From Nitrospinota bacterium (GTDB lineage Bacteria > UBA8248), in NCBI GenBank assembly GCA_036231405.1, contig JAZAHK010000026.1:1-49561 (forward strand): a stretch of DNA of 49,561 nt, given 5' to 3'. Shown piece by piece: positions 17,475 to 27,235 of this stretch. A program made the position numbers and the translations under genes. The notes beneath the pieces are model-generated. The model was not told the DNA's origin and ran no database searches. It worked only from the letters and a program-made list of their open reading frames with translations. Every line of letters begins with the position of its first letter. The stretch's first letter is position 1.

Positions 17475-19717
17475 TAAAAAAATCCTTTCAAAGAATTTTC
17501 CCATGCGTTAATAATTTTTTCAATTTCAAAGTCAATTATAGGAGAACTTCTGTCTGAATAGATAGTGTACTTTTCTCCAACAATACCTATTTCAGTCAAA
17601 AGAACATTGTTTTTTTCGGAAATTTCATTTAAAGACGAAACATGTTCTGCATCGAGAGAAACTATAATACGAGAGCATGTTTCTCCGAAAAGAATTGAGT
17701 CGACCCTTCCTGCGCAAGATTTAGGCAACCTTACGATAGGGCCCAAAGATGAAGATTGTGAGGAAAGAGTTGATTCCGCAAGAGCAAGAGCTAGTCCTCC
17801 TTCTCCAAGATCATGAGCGGAGTTAATCAATCCTTTTTTTACTGCATCTTGACATGTAGAATTAACAGATTTTGCTGATGATAAGGTAGAAATTGGAGTT
17901 TCCCCCCCTTCGACACCAGTTTTAATCCAGGCTAATTCATGTGGGGTGTTGTTAAGTAAGGGAATTTCTTCTGAAGGACTAATAAGAAAAATTTTGTCAC
18001 CCAAATTACGAAATCCTTGAGGTACAGTAAGAAAATGATTTTCTATTAGACCTACCATGCCAATCACAGGTGTTGGATATATGTCATTGCCATGTGTTTC
18101 ATTGTATAAACTAACATTGCCACTAACGACCGGAATTTCTAATTCGCTGCATGCTTTGGACATGCCATCGACTACGTCTGAGAATTCTCTCATTACTTTC
18201 GGATTTTCTGGATTGCCGAAATTTAAACAATTTGTTAAAGCAATCGGTTCTGCACCTTTACATGAAAGATTTCTGGCAGATTCTATTATGGTGAAGAGAG
18301 CACCGTTGTAAGGATCCAATTTGCAGTAACGAGCGTTTGAGTCAACAGTAAAAGCTAAAGCTTTATTAGACCCTTTTATTCTAGTTACTGAGGCATCTTC
18401 TCCAGGTTTAATTATGGTATTTGTTTGAACCATATGGTCATATTGTTCCCAGATTGGCTCCTTGTTCCCGTGATTCGGGTGGTTTAGAAGCATTAGAAGG
18501 GATTCTCCAAGATTGTCGTTCTCATCTAACCCTTCAATAGGGTCAGGAAGTTCTAGTTTCCTAGTTTTTGACATCTCTCTTTTATAAATAGGGGCTTCAT
18601 CTGTAAGAAAATTAATGGGAAGGTTTGTAACTTCTTCATTATTGAAAAGGATTTTTAATTTTTTGTCGTTTGTTACTTCGCCAATTATTTGAGTCTCCAG
18701 ATCCCATTTGCTAAAAATTTCATGAACTTTTTTTTCTTTTCCTTTTTTTGCAACAAGTAACATTCTCTCCTGACTCTCTGATAACATCATCTCGTATGGA
18801 TTCATGCGTGGTTCTCTACATGGAACTCCGTCTAATTCCAGTAGGATCCCGGTTTCAGAACGACTAGCCATCTCTACTGAAGAAGAGGTAAGCCCGGCAG
18901 CACCCATATCCTGTATTCCAATTATTACGTCTGAATTCATTAATTCTAAACACGCCTCTAGAAGTAGTTTTTCCTTGAAAGGGTCACCCACTTGAACGGT
19001 TGGACGTTGTTCAGACGTTGAATCTTCAAAGCCTGAAGAGGCCATCGATGCCCCGTGTATGCCATCTCTCCCTGTTTTTGCACCAACATAAATAACTGGA
19101 TTCCCATATCCCGAAGCATTGCCTCTGAAAATTTTGTCACACCTAAGTAATCCTGCACACATTACATTAACAAGGATATTTCCGTTGTAAGTAGAATGAA
19201 ATTTTGTTTCTCCGCCAATTGTTGGCACTCCAATACAGTTTCCATATGAGGATATTCCGGACACAACGGAACTTGAGAAGAATTTTGTTTTTTCGTGGTT
19301 TGCATCTCCAAAATGAATACTGTCTAAGAGAACTATTGGTCGGGCCCCCATAGTAAAAATATCTCTAAGAATTCCCCCTACGCCGGTTGCTGCTCCCTGG
19401 AAGGGCTCAATATAAGATGGGTGATTATGACTTTCCATTTTAAAGGCTACTCCAATGTTATCTCCTACGTCTATTACTCCAGCGTTTTCACCTGGGCCTT
19501 GAAGAACACGTTCACTTTTTGTTGGAAACCTTTTAAGGTGTATTTTGCTGCTCTTATAAGAGCAATGTTCGTTCCACATAGCAGAGAAGATCCCGAGTTC
19601 AGTGAAGTTAGGGGTCCTTCCTAAATGTCTCTTTATTTTTTTCCATTCATTCGAAGAAATTCCGTGTTCTAGTGCTGTTTTAAGTTCTATTTTTGAGTTG
19701 TTGTTTTCTTTTCTCAT
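17474..19717 (-). CDS. purL: FGAM synthase subunit PurL
   Basis: [26 protein letters not shown]. Confidence 0.97.
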   Translation of the reverse strand: MRKENNNSKIELKTALEHGISSNEWKKIKRHLGRTPNFTELGIFSAMWNEHCSYKSSKIHLKRFPTKSERVLQGPGENAGVIDVGDNIGVAFKMESHNHPSYIEPFQGAATGVGGILRDIFTMGARPIVLLDSIHFGDANHEKTKFFSSSVVSGISSYGNCIGVPTIGGETKFHSTYNGNILVNVMCAGLLRCDKIFRGNASGYGNPVIYVGAKTGRDGIHGASMASSGFEDSTSEQRPTVQVGDPFKEKLLLEACLELMNSDVIIGIQDMGAAGLTSSSVEMASRSETGILLELDGVPCREPRMNPYEMMLSESQERMLLVAKKGKEKKVHEIFSKWDLETQIIGEVTNDKKLKILFNNEEVTNLPINFLTDEAPIYKREMSKTRKLELPDPIEGLDENDNLGESLLMLLNHPNHGNKEPIWEQYDHMVQTNTIIKPGEDASVTRIKGSNKALAFTVDSNARYCKLDPYNGALFTIIESARNLSCKGAEPIALTNCLNFGNPENPKVMREFSDVVDGMSKACSELEIPVVSGNVSLYNETHGNDIYPTPVIGMVGLIENHFLTVPQGFRNLGDKIFLISPSEEIPLLNNTPHELAWIKTGVEGGETPISTLSSAKSVNSTCQDAVKKGLINSAHDLGEGGLALALAESTLSSQSSSLGPIVRLPKSCAGRVDSILFGETCSRIIVSLDAEHVSSLNEISEKNNVLLTEIGIVGEKYTIYSDRSSPIIDFEIEKIINAWENSLKGFF

Positions 19718-20406
19718 GATGTTGAATAGGAAAGGGCGGATGAAAAAATCTTTAATCCATCCTTTCCTCCTAAAATGGATTCACACGCTCTTTCAGGATG
19801 AGGCATTAATCCTAAAACATTACCTTCTTTATTGGATATGCCAGCGATGTTTTTCAAGGAACCATTTGGATTGGCAGATTTAACGATTGAGCCGCTAGAG
19901 TCACTATATCGAAAAATAATTTGTTGATTGTATTCGAGGTCTTCTAAAATATTTTTTTTGCAAAAAAAATTGCCTTCACCATGTGCAATAGGCATTTTGA
20001 GAACTTCTTTGTTTTTCATTTTGTTAGTAAAAATAGAATGTGAACTCTCACACCTAATCCAAATATTTTTGCAAATAAATTTTAGTGAGCTGTTCCTAAT
20101 GAGAGTTCCAGGTAATAAATCAGATTCCGCTAGAATTTGGAATCCATTGCAGATTCCAATGACTGGTCTTCCTTCGTTTGCATGTTTTTTAATACTTTTC
20201 ATTATGGGAGAAGTTTTAGCTATTGCACCTGCTCTTAGGTAGTCCCCATAACTGAATCCGCCTGGAATTATGACAATTTCATTCTTTTCAATAGAGGTAT
20301 CCCCATGCCATATATATCTAACTGGTTTTTCTAAGAGATTGCAGATTGCATGAAAACAATCGTGGTCACAATTGGAACCCGGAAAAACAATCACAGCGAA
20401 ACCCAT
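19714..20406 (-). CDS. purQ: FGAM synthase glutaminase subunit PurQ
   Basis: [31 protein letters not shown]. Confidence 0.97.
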   Translation of the reverse strand: MGFAVIVFPGSNCDHDCFHAICNLLEKPVRYIWHGDTSIEKNEIVIIPGGFSYGDYLRAGAIAKTSPIMKSIKKHANEGRPVIGICNGFQILAESDLLPGTLIRNSSLKFICKNIWIRCESSHSIFTNKMKNKEVLKMPIAHGEGNFFCKKNILEDLEYNQQIIFRYSDSSGSIVKSANPNGSLKNIAGISNKEGNVLGLMPHPERACESILGGKDGLKIFSSALSYSTS

Positions 20407-20436
20407 TAAAAATCCTCGGTGTTATTCTTCGTTTAT

Positions 20437-20682
20437 TTAGTCAAGTTCTATTTCGTAGTTCTCAATTACAAGGTTTACTAAAAGCTCTTCGCACATTCTT
20501 TTTATGTCTTCAGCGATTTTTTTCGAATTGTCAACTGATGAGATGTCTATCTCTATAAATTTTCCAATCCGGACATCCTCTATTCCTTGAAACCCTAAGG
20601 ATGAAAGTGACTGCATTACTGTTTGACCTTCAGGGTCTAATACTCCATTTTTGTACGTAATATGGATTCGTGCCTTGCGCAT
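20437..20682 (-). CDS. purS: FGAM synthase subunit PurS
   Basis: GVLDPEG, VRIGK, LLVNLVIENY. Confidence 0.95.
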   Translation of the reverse strand: MRKARIHITYKNGVLDPEGQTVMQSLSSLGFQGIEDVRIGKFIEIDISSVDNSKKIAEDIKRMCEELLVNLVIENYEIELD

Positions 20683-20706
20683 TAAGCCCTCATTTCTTAA
20701 ATATTT

Positions 20707-21420
20707 TTACTCAATTACAAGCTTCTCTATTTCTGCGTATGCATCTTCTATATTACCAAGATCGTGTCGGAATCGATCTTTGTCTATTTTTCTGCCAGTC
20801 CCTTTTTCCCAAAACCTACAGCTATCTGGGGTGATTTCATCTGCTAAGATTATTTGATTGTCCTCAGTTGGGCAGCGTCCGAATTCAAGTTTAAAGTCCA
20901 CTAGATCTATATTTTTACTTGAAAAAAATCCACTCAAAAAACTATTGATTTCTAGCGCATATTTTCTCATAGTTTCTAATTCTTCTTTTGAAGCTAGGTT
21001 AAATCCTACGGCTGTGTCTTCATTAATTAGTGGGTCATCTAAGTCATCATCTTTATAGTGCAGGTCTATAATAGTATTTGTTAATCGCATTCCTTCTTCG
21101 ACACCCATTCTTCTAGCCATACTGCCTGCTACAATATTTCTAATTACTACTTCGACTAAGATAATTTCTACTTTTCTCACTAACATTTCTCTGTCAGAGA
21201 GAGTTTCAATGTAATGGGTTGGGATACCTTTCTTCGCAATTTCTTCAAAGATTCTAGAAGAAATTTTGTTGTTAAAAATTCCTTTTGATTGGATTGTTCC
21301 ACTTTTTTTCCCATTGAATGCAGTTGCGTCATCCTTGAAATATGCTATGTATTTATTTGGATCGTCTGTCTGATAAATGATTTTTGCTTTTCCTTCATAA
21401 AGTTGATCTCTCTTTTCCAT
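20707..21420 (-). CDS. purC: SAICAR synthetase
   Basis: LYEGKAK, VDFKLEFG, ADEITPDSCRFW. Start placed at MEKR (AGGAG RBS). Confidence 0.97.
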   Translation of the reverse strand: MEKRDQLYEGKAKIIYQTDDPNKYIAYFKDDATAFNGKKSGTIQSKGIFNNKISSRIFEEIAKKGIPTHYIETLSDREMLVRKVEIILVEVVIRNIVAGSMARRMGVEEGMRLTNTIIDLHYKDDDLDDPLINEDTAVGFNLASKEELETMRKYALEINSFLSGFFSSKNIDLVDFKLEFGRCPTEDNQIILADEITPDSCRFWEKGTGRKIDKDRFRHDLGNIEDAYAEIEKLVIE

Positions 21421-21472
21421 CGATTCTCCTTTCACTTAATAATCTTTTTGTTCTCCAAAAAATGACTTTTAT

Positions 21473-22771
21473 TTAGTTCCCAAAAACGCGATTAAAAATC
21501 TTGTCAAGATTTTTGAAATGAATATCTAAATCGAAACAGTTCTCGAGTTCATCCATAGAAAGTACTTTATTAATATTCGGGTCATTTTTTAAGAGTTCTA
21601 TAAAATTGTCACCATCATGAAAAACTTTCATAGCAGATTTTTGTACGATTGCATATGCATCTTCTCTTGACATTTTTGATTCCCTTATTAGTGCCAACAT
21701 TACGTGTTCACTCATCAGTAATCCGTTTGACTTTTCATAGTTTTCTTTCATTTTTTCTTTGTAAATAACCCAGCTTTCAATGATTTCGTTTAGTTTGTTT
21801 AACATGTAATTTAGTAGAATTGAACTATCTGGAAGGATGACTCTTTCTACTGATGAATGGCTTATATCTCTTTCATGCCAAAGAGAAACATTTTGTAGTG
21901 CTGCTGTCGCGTTTGATTGAACTATTCTAGCAAGACCACAAAGTTGTTCAGAAACAACGGGGTTTCTTTTGTGAGGCATTGCTGAACTTCCTTTTTGTCC
22001 CTTACTGAAAAACTCTTCAGCCTCTCCAACTTCGCTTCTTTGTAAATGTCTTATCTCTGTGGCTACTTTTGAAATACTAGATGCGGTTAGAGCTAGCATT
22101 AGGAGAAAGTCTGCGTGGCGGTCTCTTTGTATAATCTGACTACTTGCAGGTGCCGCTCTCAAACCTAATCTTGAACAAATGGCTTCTTCGGTTTTGGGCG
22201 TTATATGTGGATTTACTCCTACCGCACCAGAAATTTTACCTACACTTATTGTTTCGTTTATTCTTTCCATCCTTTTTTCTGCTCTGTCGAATTCTCCATA
22301 CCAGACAGCAAGTTTGTGCCCTAAAGTTGTTGGTTCAGCCTGCATCCCATGTGTTCTACCCGTAATAAGGGTATTTTTATGTTCTAATGCCCTTTTCTTT
22401 AGAGTATTTTTTAACCTTTTAATATCTTCTACGATGATAGATGTAGTTTTAGATAGTTGTAATGCTAAACTGGTGTCTAATACATCGCTACTTGTTAAGC
22501 CCATGTGAATATAACAAGATTCCTTCCCTACATATTCAGCAACGTTAGTCAAGAAAGCAATTACGTCATGTTTAGTTGTTTTTTCTATTTCTCTAATTCT
22601 TTCTGGGTCAAAATTTGCTTTTTCTTTAATTGTTTTCATTGCTTTTTTCGGAATATATCCTTCAGATGTTAATTGTTCACAAACGGCAATTTCAACTTCT
22701 AACATACATTGAAGTTTCATTTTCTCTTCCCAAATCTCTTTCATTTCTTTCCTGGAATATCTGTTAATCAA
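21473..22771 (-). CDS. purB: Adenylosuccinate lyase
   Basis: GRTHG, GSSAMPHKRNP, WHERDISHSSVER. Confidence 0.97.
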   Translation of the reverse strand: MINRYSRKEMKEIWEEKMKLQCMLEVEIAVCEQLTSEGYIPKKAMKTIKEKANFDPERIREIEKTTKHDVIAFLTNVAEYVGKESCYIHMGLTSSDVLDTSLALQLSKTTSIIVEDIKRLKNTLKKRALEHKNTLITGRTHGMQAEPTTLGHKLAVWYGEFDRAEKRMERINETISVGKISGAVGVNPHITPKTEEAICSRLGLRAAPASSQIIQRDRHADFLLMLALTASSISKVATEIRHLQRSEVGEAEEFFSKGQKGSSAMPHKRNPVVSEQLCGLARIVQSNATAALQNVSLWHERDISHSSVERVILPDSSILLNYMLNKLNEIIESWVIYKEKMKENYEKSNGLLMSEHVMLALIRESKMSREDAYAIVQKSAMKVFHDGDNFIELLKNDPNINKVLSMDELENCFDLDIHFKNLDKIFNRVFGN

Positions 22772-22790
22772 TTCTTCCCCCTTCCATACA

Positions 22791-23582
22791 TCAATTGAAA
22801 CCTAATAATTCTGTGGGTTTTTCTTGTGATGCGAGGCAGATTTTTATCTCTTGTTTTGAACTTGAACCGTTCTTTACTCTTAGTGCTTTTTTTATGCTTG
22901 ACATTATTAGAGATTCCGAATTGTTCTCCTTGCTGATGTGAGCACACACTACCCATTCTAATCCTTGATTTATTATTTTCTGTAATAGCATGCCAGCTTC
23001 ATTATTGTTTAGGTGTCCTAATTTACTTTTAATCCTTTGTTTTACTACCCATGGGTACTGTCCGTTTAGGAGCATCTTGGAATCATGATTGAATTCCAAA
23101 ACTATCCCCTGAAGACCTTCTAATTTTTTGTTAGTTAAACTCGTTGCGAATCCCATGTCTGTTGCTAGACCAAAACGATAACCATTATCTGATGTGAAAA
23201 TTAGACCAAAAGGATCAGCTGCATCATGTGGAATGCTGAAAGGTTCAGCCCTTAAACCACAAATAGGGAAAGGTTCTCCTACTTCTATTTCAATATGTTT
23301 AGGTATTCCATTTAAGAAATTTTTGCCCGTTTCAATGGTTCCTTTATTTGTCCAAATGGGGAGATCCCATTTTCTTGCTAGAGAACCGGCACTTCTAATA
23401 TGGTCGATATGCTCATGTGTTACGATTATGCCACTTAAGTCGTTTGGGCTAATTTTGTACATAGAAAGACGTTTAACGATTTGTTTCGCACTTAGTCCTG
23501 CATCAATTAGAAATGCAGAATTGTCATTTTTTATTAATGTTGAATTCCCTCTGCTTCCACTTCCCAAAACAGAAATTTGCAT
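22791..23582 (-). CDS. MBL-fold metallo-hydrolase (YycJ/WalJ-like)
   Basis: LGSGSRGN, THEHIDH, HDAADP, LEFNHD, AHISKENN. Confidence 0.9.
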   Translation of the reverse strand: MQISVLGSGSRGNSTLIKNDNSAFLIDAGLSAKQIVKRLSMYKISPNDLSGIIVTHEHIDHIRSAGSLARKWDLPIWTNKGTIETGKNFLNGIPKHIEIEVGEPFPICGLRAEPFSIPHDAADPFGLIFTSDNGYRFGLATDMGFATSLTNKKLEGLQGIVLEFNHDSKMLLNGQYPWVVKQRIKSKLGHLNNNEAGMLLQKIINQGLEWVVCAHISKENNSESLIMSSIKKALRVKNGSSSKQEIKICLASQEKPTELLGFN

Positions 23583-23608
23583 AAAACTTTTATTTAAACC
23601 TCTTTATA

Positions 23609-24601
23609 TTAAGGCGAAAGTGACATTTCATTTTTAATTTTTCCCCAATATATTTCAGACCCTTTTTCTAATGATGTGAATTCCTTCACGAAACCGGTGG
23701 ACCTAAGCTTTTCTATATTAGCCTGTGTAAAATATTGATAATTTTCTCTGATTTCTAGGGGAGTATCAATGAATTCAATATTCTTATTTTTCCCCATAGC
23801 ATGAAAAACTGATTCTGCTAATTCAATAAAAGATTTTGCATTGCCGGTTCCTAGATTGTAGACACCGTTTGGCAATGGGTTGATTGTTAATCCAAATAGT
23901 AGTGTGACGATATCGTCGACTAAAATAAAATCCCTTTTCTGAAGCCCATCTTCTATTCCATTTTTATGAGAGCGGAAAAGTTTTACTTTTCCGCTCTCAT
24001 TTATCTGTTGGAATGCGTGTCCAAAAACACTTGACATTTTTCCTTTATGTTTTTCCCCGTATCCATAGACGTTGAAAAATCGGAAGCCAGCCCAAATTGG
24101 TGGTCTGTTTTCTCTATTCCTTTCTAATACCCAAGAATCAAAAAGCAATTTCGACAGACCGTATGGATTCAGAGGTGTGAAATTATTTAAGGATGTTCTA
24201 TCGTCATATCCTTTCTCTCCATTCCCATATATGGCTGCACTGCTTGCGTAGAAAAAAGGAATTTCATGTTTTGATGCAATTTTCCATAAATTCTTGGAGT
24301 ATTCAGTATTCCTTTTAGATAAATAATCTTTGTCCATTTCGTATGTATTAGTACAAGCTCCAAGATGAAAAATATGTTTGCAAGAAGATTGATTTTCTTG
24401 TAACCAAATTTGAAAATCTTCTCGGTCAATTTTATTTATTTGTTCTTTCCCTTCGTATATTTGAGAGATTTGTGGGCGTGTTTCAAAGTGTGAAAGTTTG
24501 TCAACAAGAACAATATCTTGTTTTGATTTTATAAATTCTATCGCTAGTCGTGAACCAATAAATCCCGCAGCGCCAGTTATAACTATTTTGTTCCTTTTCA
24601 T
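23609..24601 (-). CDS. hldD: ADP-L-glycero-D-manno-heptose 6-epimerase
   Basis: TGAAGFIGS, YASSAAIYG, YGLSK, FFNVYG..EKHKGKMSS, YQYFTQA. Confidence 0.93.
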   Translation of the reverse strand: MKRNKIVITGAAGFIGSRLAIEFIKSKQDIVLVDKLSHFETRPQISQIYEGKEQINKIDREDFQIWLQENQSSCKHIFHLGACTNTYEMDKDYLSKRNTEYSKNLWKIASKHEIPFFYASSAAIYGNGEKGYDDRTSLNNFTPLNPYGLSKLLFDSWVLERNRENRPPIWAGFRFFNVYGYGEKHKGKMSSVFGHAFQQINESGKVKLFRSHKNGIEDGLQKRDFILVDDIVTLLFGLTINPLPNGVYNLGTGNAKSFIELAESVFHAMGKNKNIEFIDTPLEIRENYQYFTQANIEKLRSTGFVKEFTSLEKGSEIYWGKIKNEMSLSP

Positions 24602-26085
24602 TTCTTTTCCTTAGGATTAGGAGATTTATGTTTTTTGATTATGGTTTGTACGATTTCTGTTGTAGAAATTCCCTCGACATATGGTAGGATTTGCACATGA
24701 CCACCATTTTTTTTCACAAATCTATTTCCTACTATCTCCTCAGGGAAATAATCTCCACCTTTTGTGAGAACATCTGGTTTGATCTTTTCTATTAATTTTA
24801 AAGGAGTATCTTCATGGAAAATTGAAACAAACCCTATTGAAGAAAGAGAAGCTAGCATTTTGGCCCTTTCTCTTTGTTTATTGAAAGGTCTGCTTTTTCC
24901 TTTAAGTCTTTTTACAGAAGAGTCACTGTTTAGCCCTACAATTAAAATATCTCCAAGTGCTCTGGCCCTTTCTAAATATTCTATATGTCCAGAATGGAGT
25001 AAATCAAAACAGCCATTGGTAAAGACTATCTTTCTACCTGAAAGTCTTAGTTTTTTTATTGTAGCCGATATATTCTCTCTTGAAATTATTTTATTTGAAA
25101 AAGAGTTTTCGTAAGTTCCAAGAGAATTTTTCAATTCTTCTCCTGTTAGCGTGGAGGTGCCTACTTTACCAACCACAATTCCAGCAGAAAGGTTGCTTAG
25201 GAACAAAGTGTCTTTAAGATTAGAGTTGCCTAGCAAACCCATAGTAAAGACCGCAGTAGCTGTATCACCAGCGCCAGTAACATCAAAAATTTCTTTGGCA
25301 TTTGCTGGTTCGTGCCCAATTCGTCCTTTCCGATCAAACAGCGTCATCCCATCTTTTCCTCTAGTAAGAAGAATGAATTGAGTTTCTGCAGTTTTGAAAA
25401 GTTTTTTAACTGCGATATCCAATTCATTTTCTTTTTTTGCTACTTTTCCCACAGCAGCAGAAAATTCGGATATGTTAGGAGTGATAGCTGTAACCCCTTT
25501 ATATTTCTTGTAATTATTGCCTTTCGGGTCAACAACAACTTGAATTTTCTTTTTTCTGCATGTAGTTGAAAGGAATTTAAGAAGTCCATCGGTGAAAACA
25601 CCTTTAGAGTAGTCTGAACAAATCACTCCATTTATTCTCTTTAAAACAGGAGTTATTTTTTTGATTAATTTCTTTTCGAGATCTACGTGATTACTGTTTT
25701 CTTTGTCAACGCGAAGAACATGTTGATTTTTAGAGATGAAACGAGATTTAGTAATATTGCTAAAATTTTTTGTCTTGCAAATTAAAGAAGTGTTAATCCC
25801 GTAAAGTTTTGCTTTATCTAGTAGTTCTAGTCCTTCGTTATCGTGTCCTATTATCCCACAGAGGTATACATTGCATCCTAGCTGTGCAAGATTATTTGCG
25901 ACATTGGCAGCTCCGCCCAAAGCCGATGATTCTTTTTCCCAAGCCAATATTTGGACTGGAGCTTCAGGTGAAATTCTTTCAATTTCACCCCATATATATT
26001 GATCTAGAATCAGATCTCCTATGACTAAAATACGGGGTTTTACCCCTTCATGCCAACGGTCTAATAAAAAAGTCATCTGAGACAA
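24598..26085 (-). CDS. hldE: Bifunctional heptose 7-phosphate kinase/heptose 1-phosphate adenylyltransferase
   Basis: RISPEAPV, DVTGAGDT, FTNGCFDLLHSGH. Start uncertain (26085 TTG or 26076 ATG). Confidence 0.95.
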   Translation of the reverse strand: MSQMTFLLDRWHEGVKPRILVIGDLILDQYIWGEIERISPEAPVQILAWEKESSALGGAANVANNLAQLGCNVYLCGIIGHDNEGLELLDKAKLYGINTSLICKTKNFSNITKSRFISKNQHVLRVDKENSNHVDLEKKLIKKITPVLKRINGVICSDYSKGVFTDGLLKFLSTTCRKKKIQVVVDPKGNNYKKYKGVTAITPNISEFSAAVGKVAKKENELDIAVKKLFKTAETQFILLTRGKDGMTLFDRKGRIGHEPANAKEIFDVTGAGDTATAVFTMGLLGNSNLKDTLFLSNLSAGIVVGKVGTSTLTGEELKNSLGTYENSFSNKIISRENISATIKKLRLSGRKIVFTNGCFDLLHSGHIEYLERARALGDILIVGLNSDSSVKRLKGKSRPFNKQRERAKMLASLSSIGFVSIFHEDTPLKLIEKIKPDVLTKGGDYFPEEIVGNRFVKKNGGHVQILPYVEGISTTEIVQTIIKKHKSPNPKEKK

Positions 26086-26254
26086 TCTCTATTGGTATTA
26101 AGTAACTAAAAGTGAAAAGGCGGAGTAATGATAAAGAAGAACATTAAAATACTAGAGAACAAGATACTACTAATGTAGCCGAATTGCACAATGATTTTCA
26201 AGCTAAGTTAAAATATAACAACAAATTTTAAAAAAACATAAATAATTTATTTTT

Positions 26255-27208
26255 TTAAAATAAATTCAGACGCATCTTGAAGTCGGCAATCGCTTCTTCT
26301 AAACCTTTATTTAATGTTGTTTTTGGCTCCCATCCGAGAATCTTTTTTGCCCTTGTAATGTCAGGTTGTCTTATTTTTGGGTCATCTTCGGGGAGTTCTT
26401 GGTAAATGATCTTACTTTCACTTCCTATCTTATTTAAAATTGTTTTTGCAAGAGTTTCTATTGTCATCTCTTTTGGATTCCCTAGGTTGATCGGTTCCGT
26501 GGAATCTGAGTCCATCAATTTTCTTAACCCCTCTATCAAGTCAGAAATATAACAGAAACTTCTGGTTTGTTTTCCATCACCGAAAATCGTAATTGGCTCT
26601 CCTGATAGAGCTTGATAGATGAAACCTGGAATTGCCCTTCCATCATTAAATCTCATTCCCGGACCATAAGTATTAAAAATACGAGCGATGCGAATTGGGA
26701 TATTATGTTTTTTGTGATAGGCGATGGTAAGCGCTTCTGCAAATCGTTTTGCCTCGTCATATACTCCTCTGGGTCCAGTAGGATTTACATTCCCCCAGTA
26801 AGTCTCTGGTTGTGGATGAACTTCTGGATCTCCATAAACTTCAGAGGTAGATGCAAGAAGAAATTTTGCATTTTTATTCTTTGCAAGACCGAGTGTATTG
26901 TGGGTTCCAATAGCTCCAACTTTTAAAGTTTCAATCGGTAGTTTGAGATAGTCTATAGGACTCGCTGGACTTGCTAAATGAAAAATTTCATCTATCTCAT
27001 CTCGAATTTCTATTCTTTGTGTAATGTCATGTTCTATAAATTTGAACATGTTAGATTGAACATTTATTTTATCTGAAACTTTTCTTTTCTCACTTGTAAT
27101 AAGGTTGTCTAAACAAAGAACTTTGTGTCCGGATAAAAGTAATGACTCACACAGATGCATGCCTATAAAGCCTGCTCCTCCAGTAACTAAGACACTTTTG
27201 GACGTCAT
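26255..27208 (-). CDS. UDP-glucuronate decarboxylase family SDR
   Basis: HLASPASP, ASTSEVYGDP, YWGNVNP.GPRGVYDEAKR, DDPKIRQPDI. Confidence 0.93.
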   Translation of the reverse strand: MTSKSVLVTGGAGFIGMHLCESLLLSGHKVLCLDNLITSEKRKVSDKINVQSNMFKFIEHDITQRIEIRDEIDEIFHLASPASPIDYLKLPIETLKVGAIGTHNTLGLAKNKNAKFLLASTSEVYGDPEVHPQPETYWGNVNPTGPRGVYDEAKRFAEALTIAYHKKHNIPIRIARIFNTYGPGMRFNDGRAIPGFIYQALSGEPITIFGDGKQTRSFCYISDLIEGLRKLMDSDSTEPINLGNPKEMTIETLAKTILNKIGSESKIIYQELPEDDPKIRQPDITRAKKILGWEPKTTLNKGLEEAIADFKMRLNLF

Positions 27209-27235
27209 GTTCTCCTTTCAACTGAAAATTGTTAA

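Noticed and set aside
16029-22771. purB-C-S-Q-L-F cluster as a novelty
   Set aside because: A well-known arrangement with intact catalytic motifs.
22768-22956. 62-aa minus-strand ORF bridging the MBL hydrolase gene and purB
   Set aside because: Lies almost entirely within the MBL hydrolase gene in another frame, with no recognisable features.
26172-26201. TTGAAA-N18-TACATT promoter upstream of hldE
   Set aside because: Too weak a match for AT-rich DNA to report as a feature.
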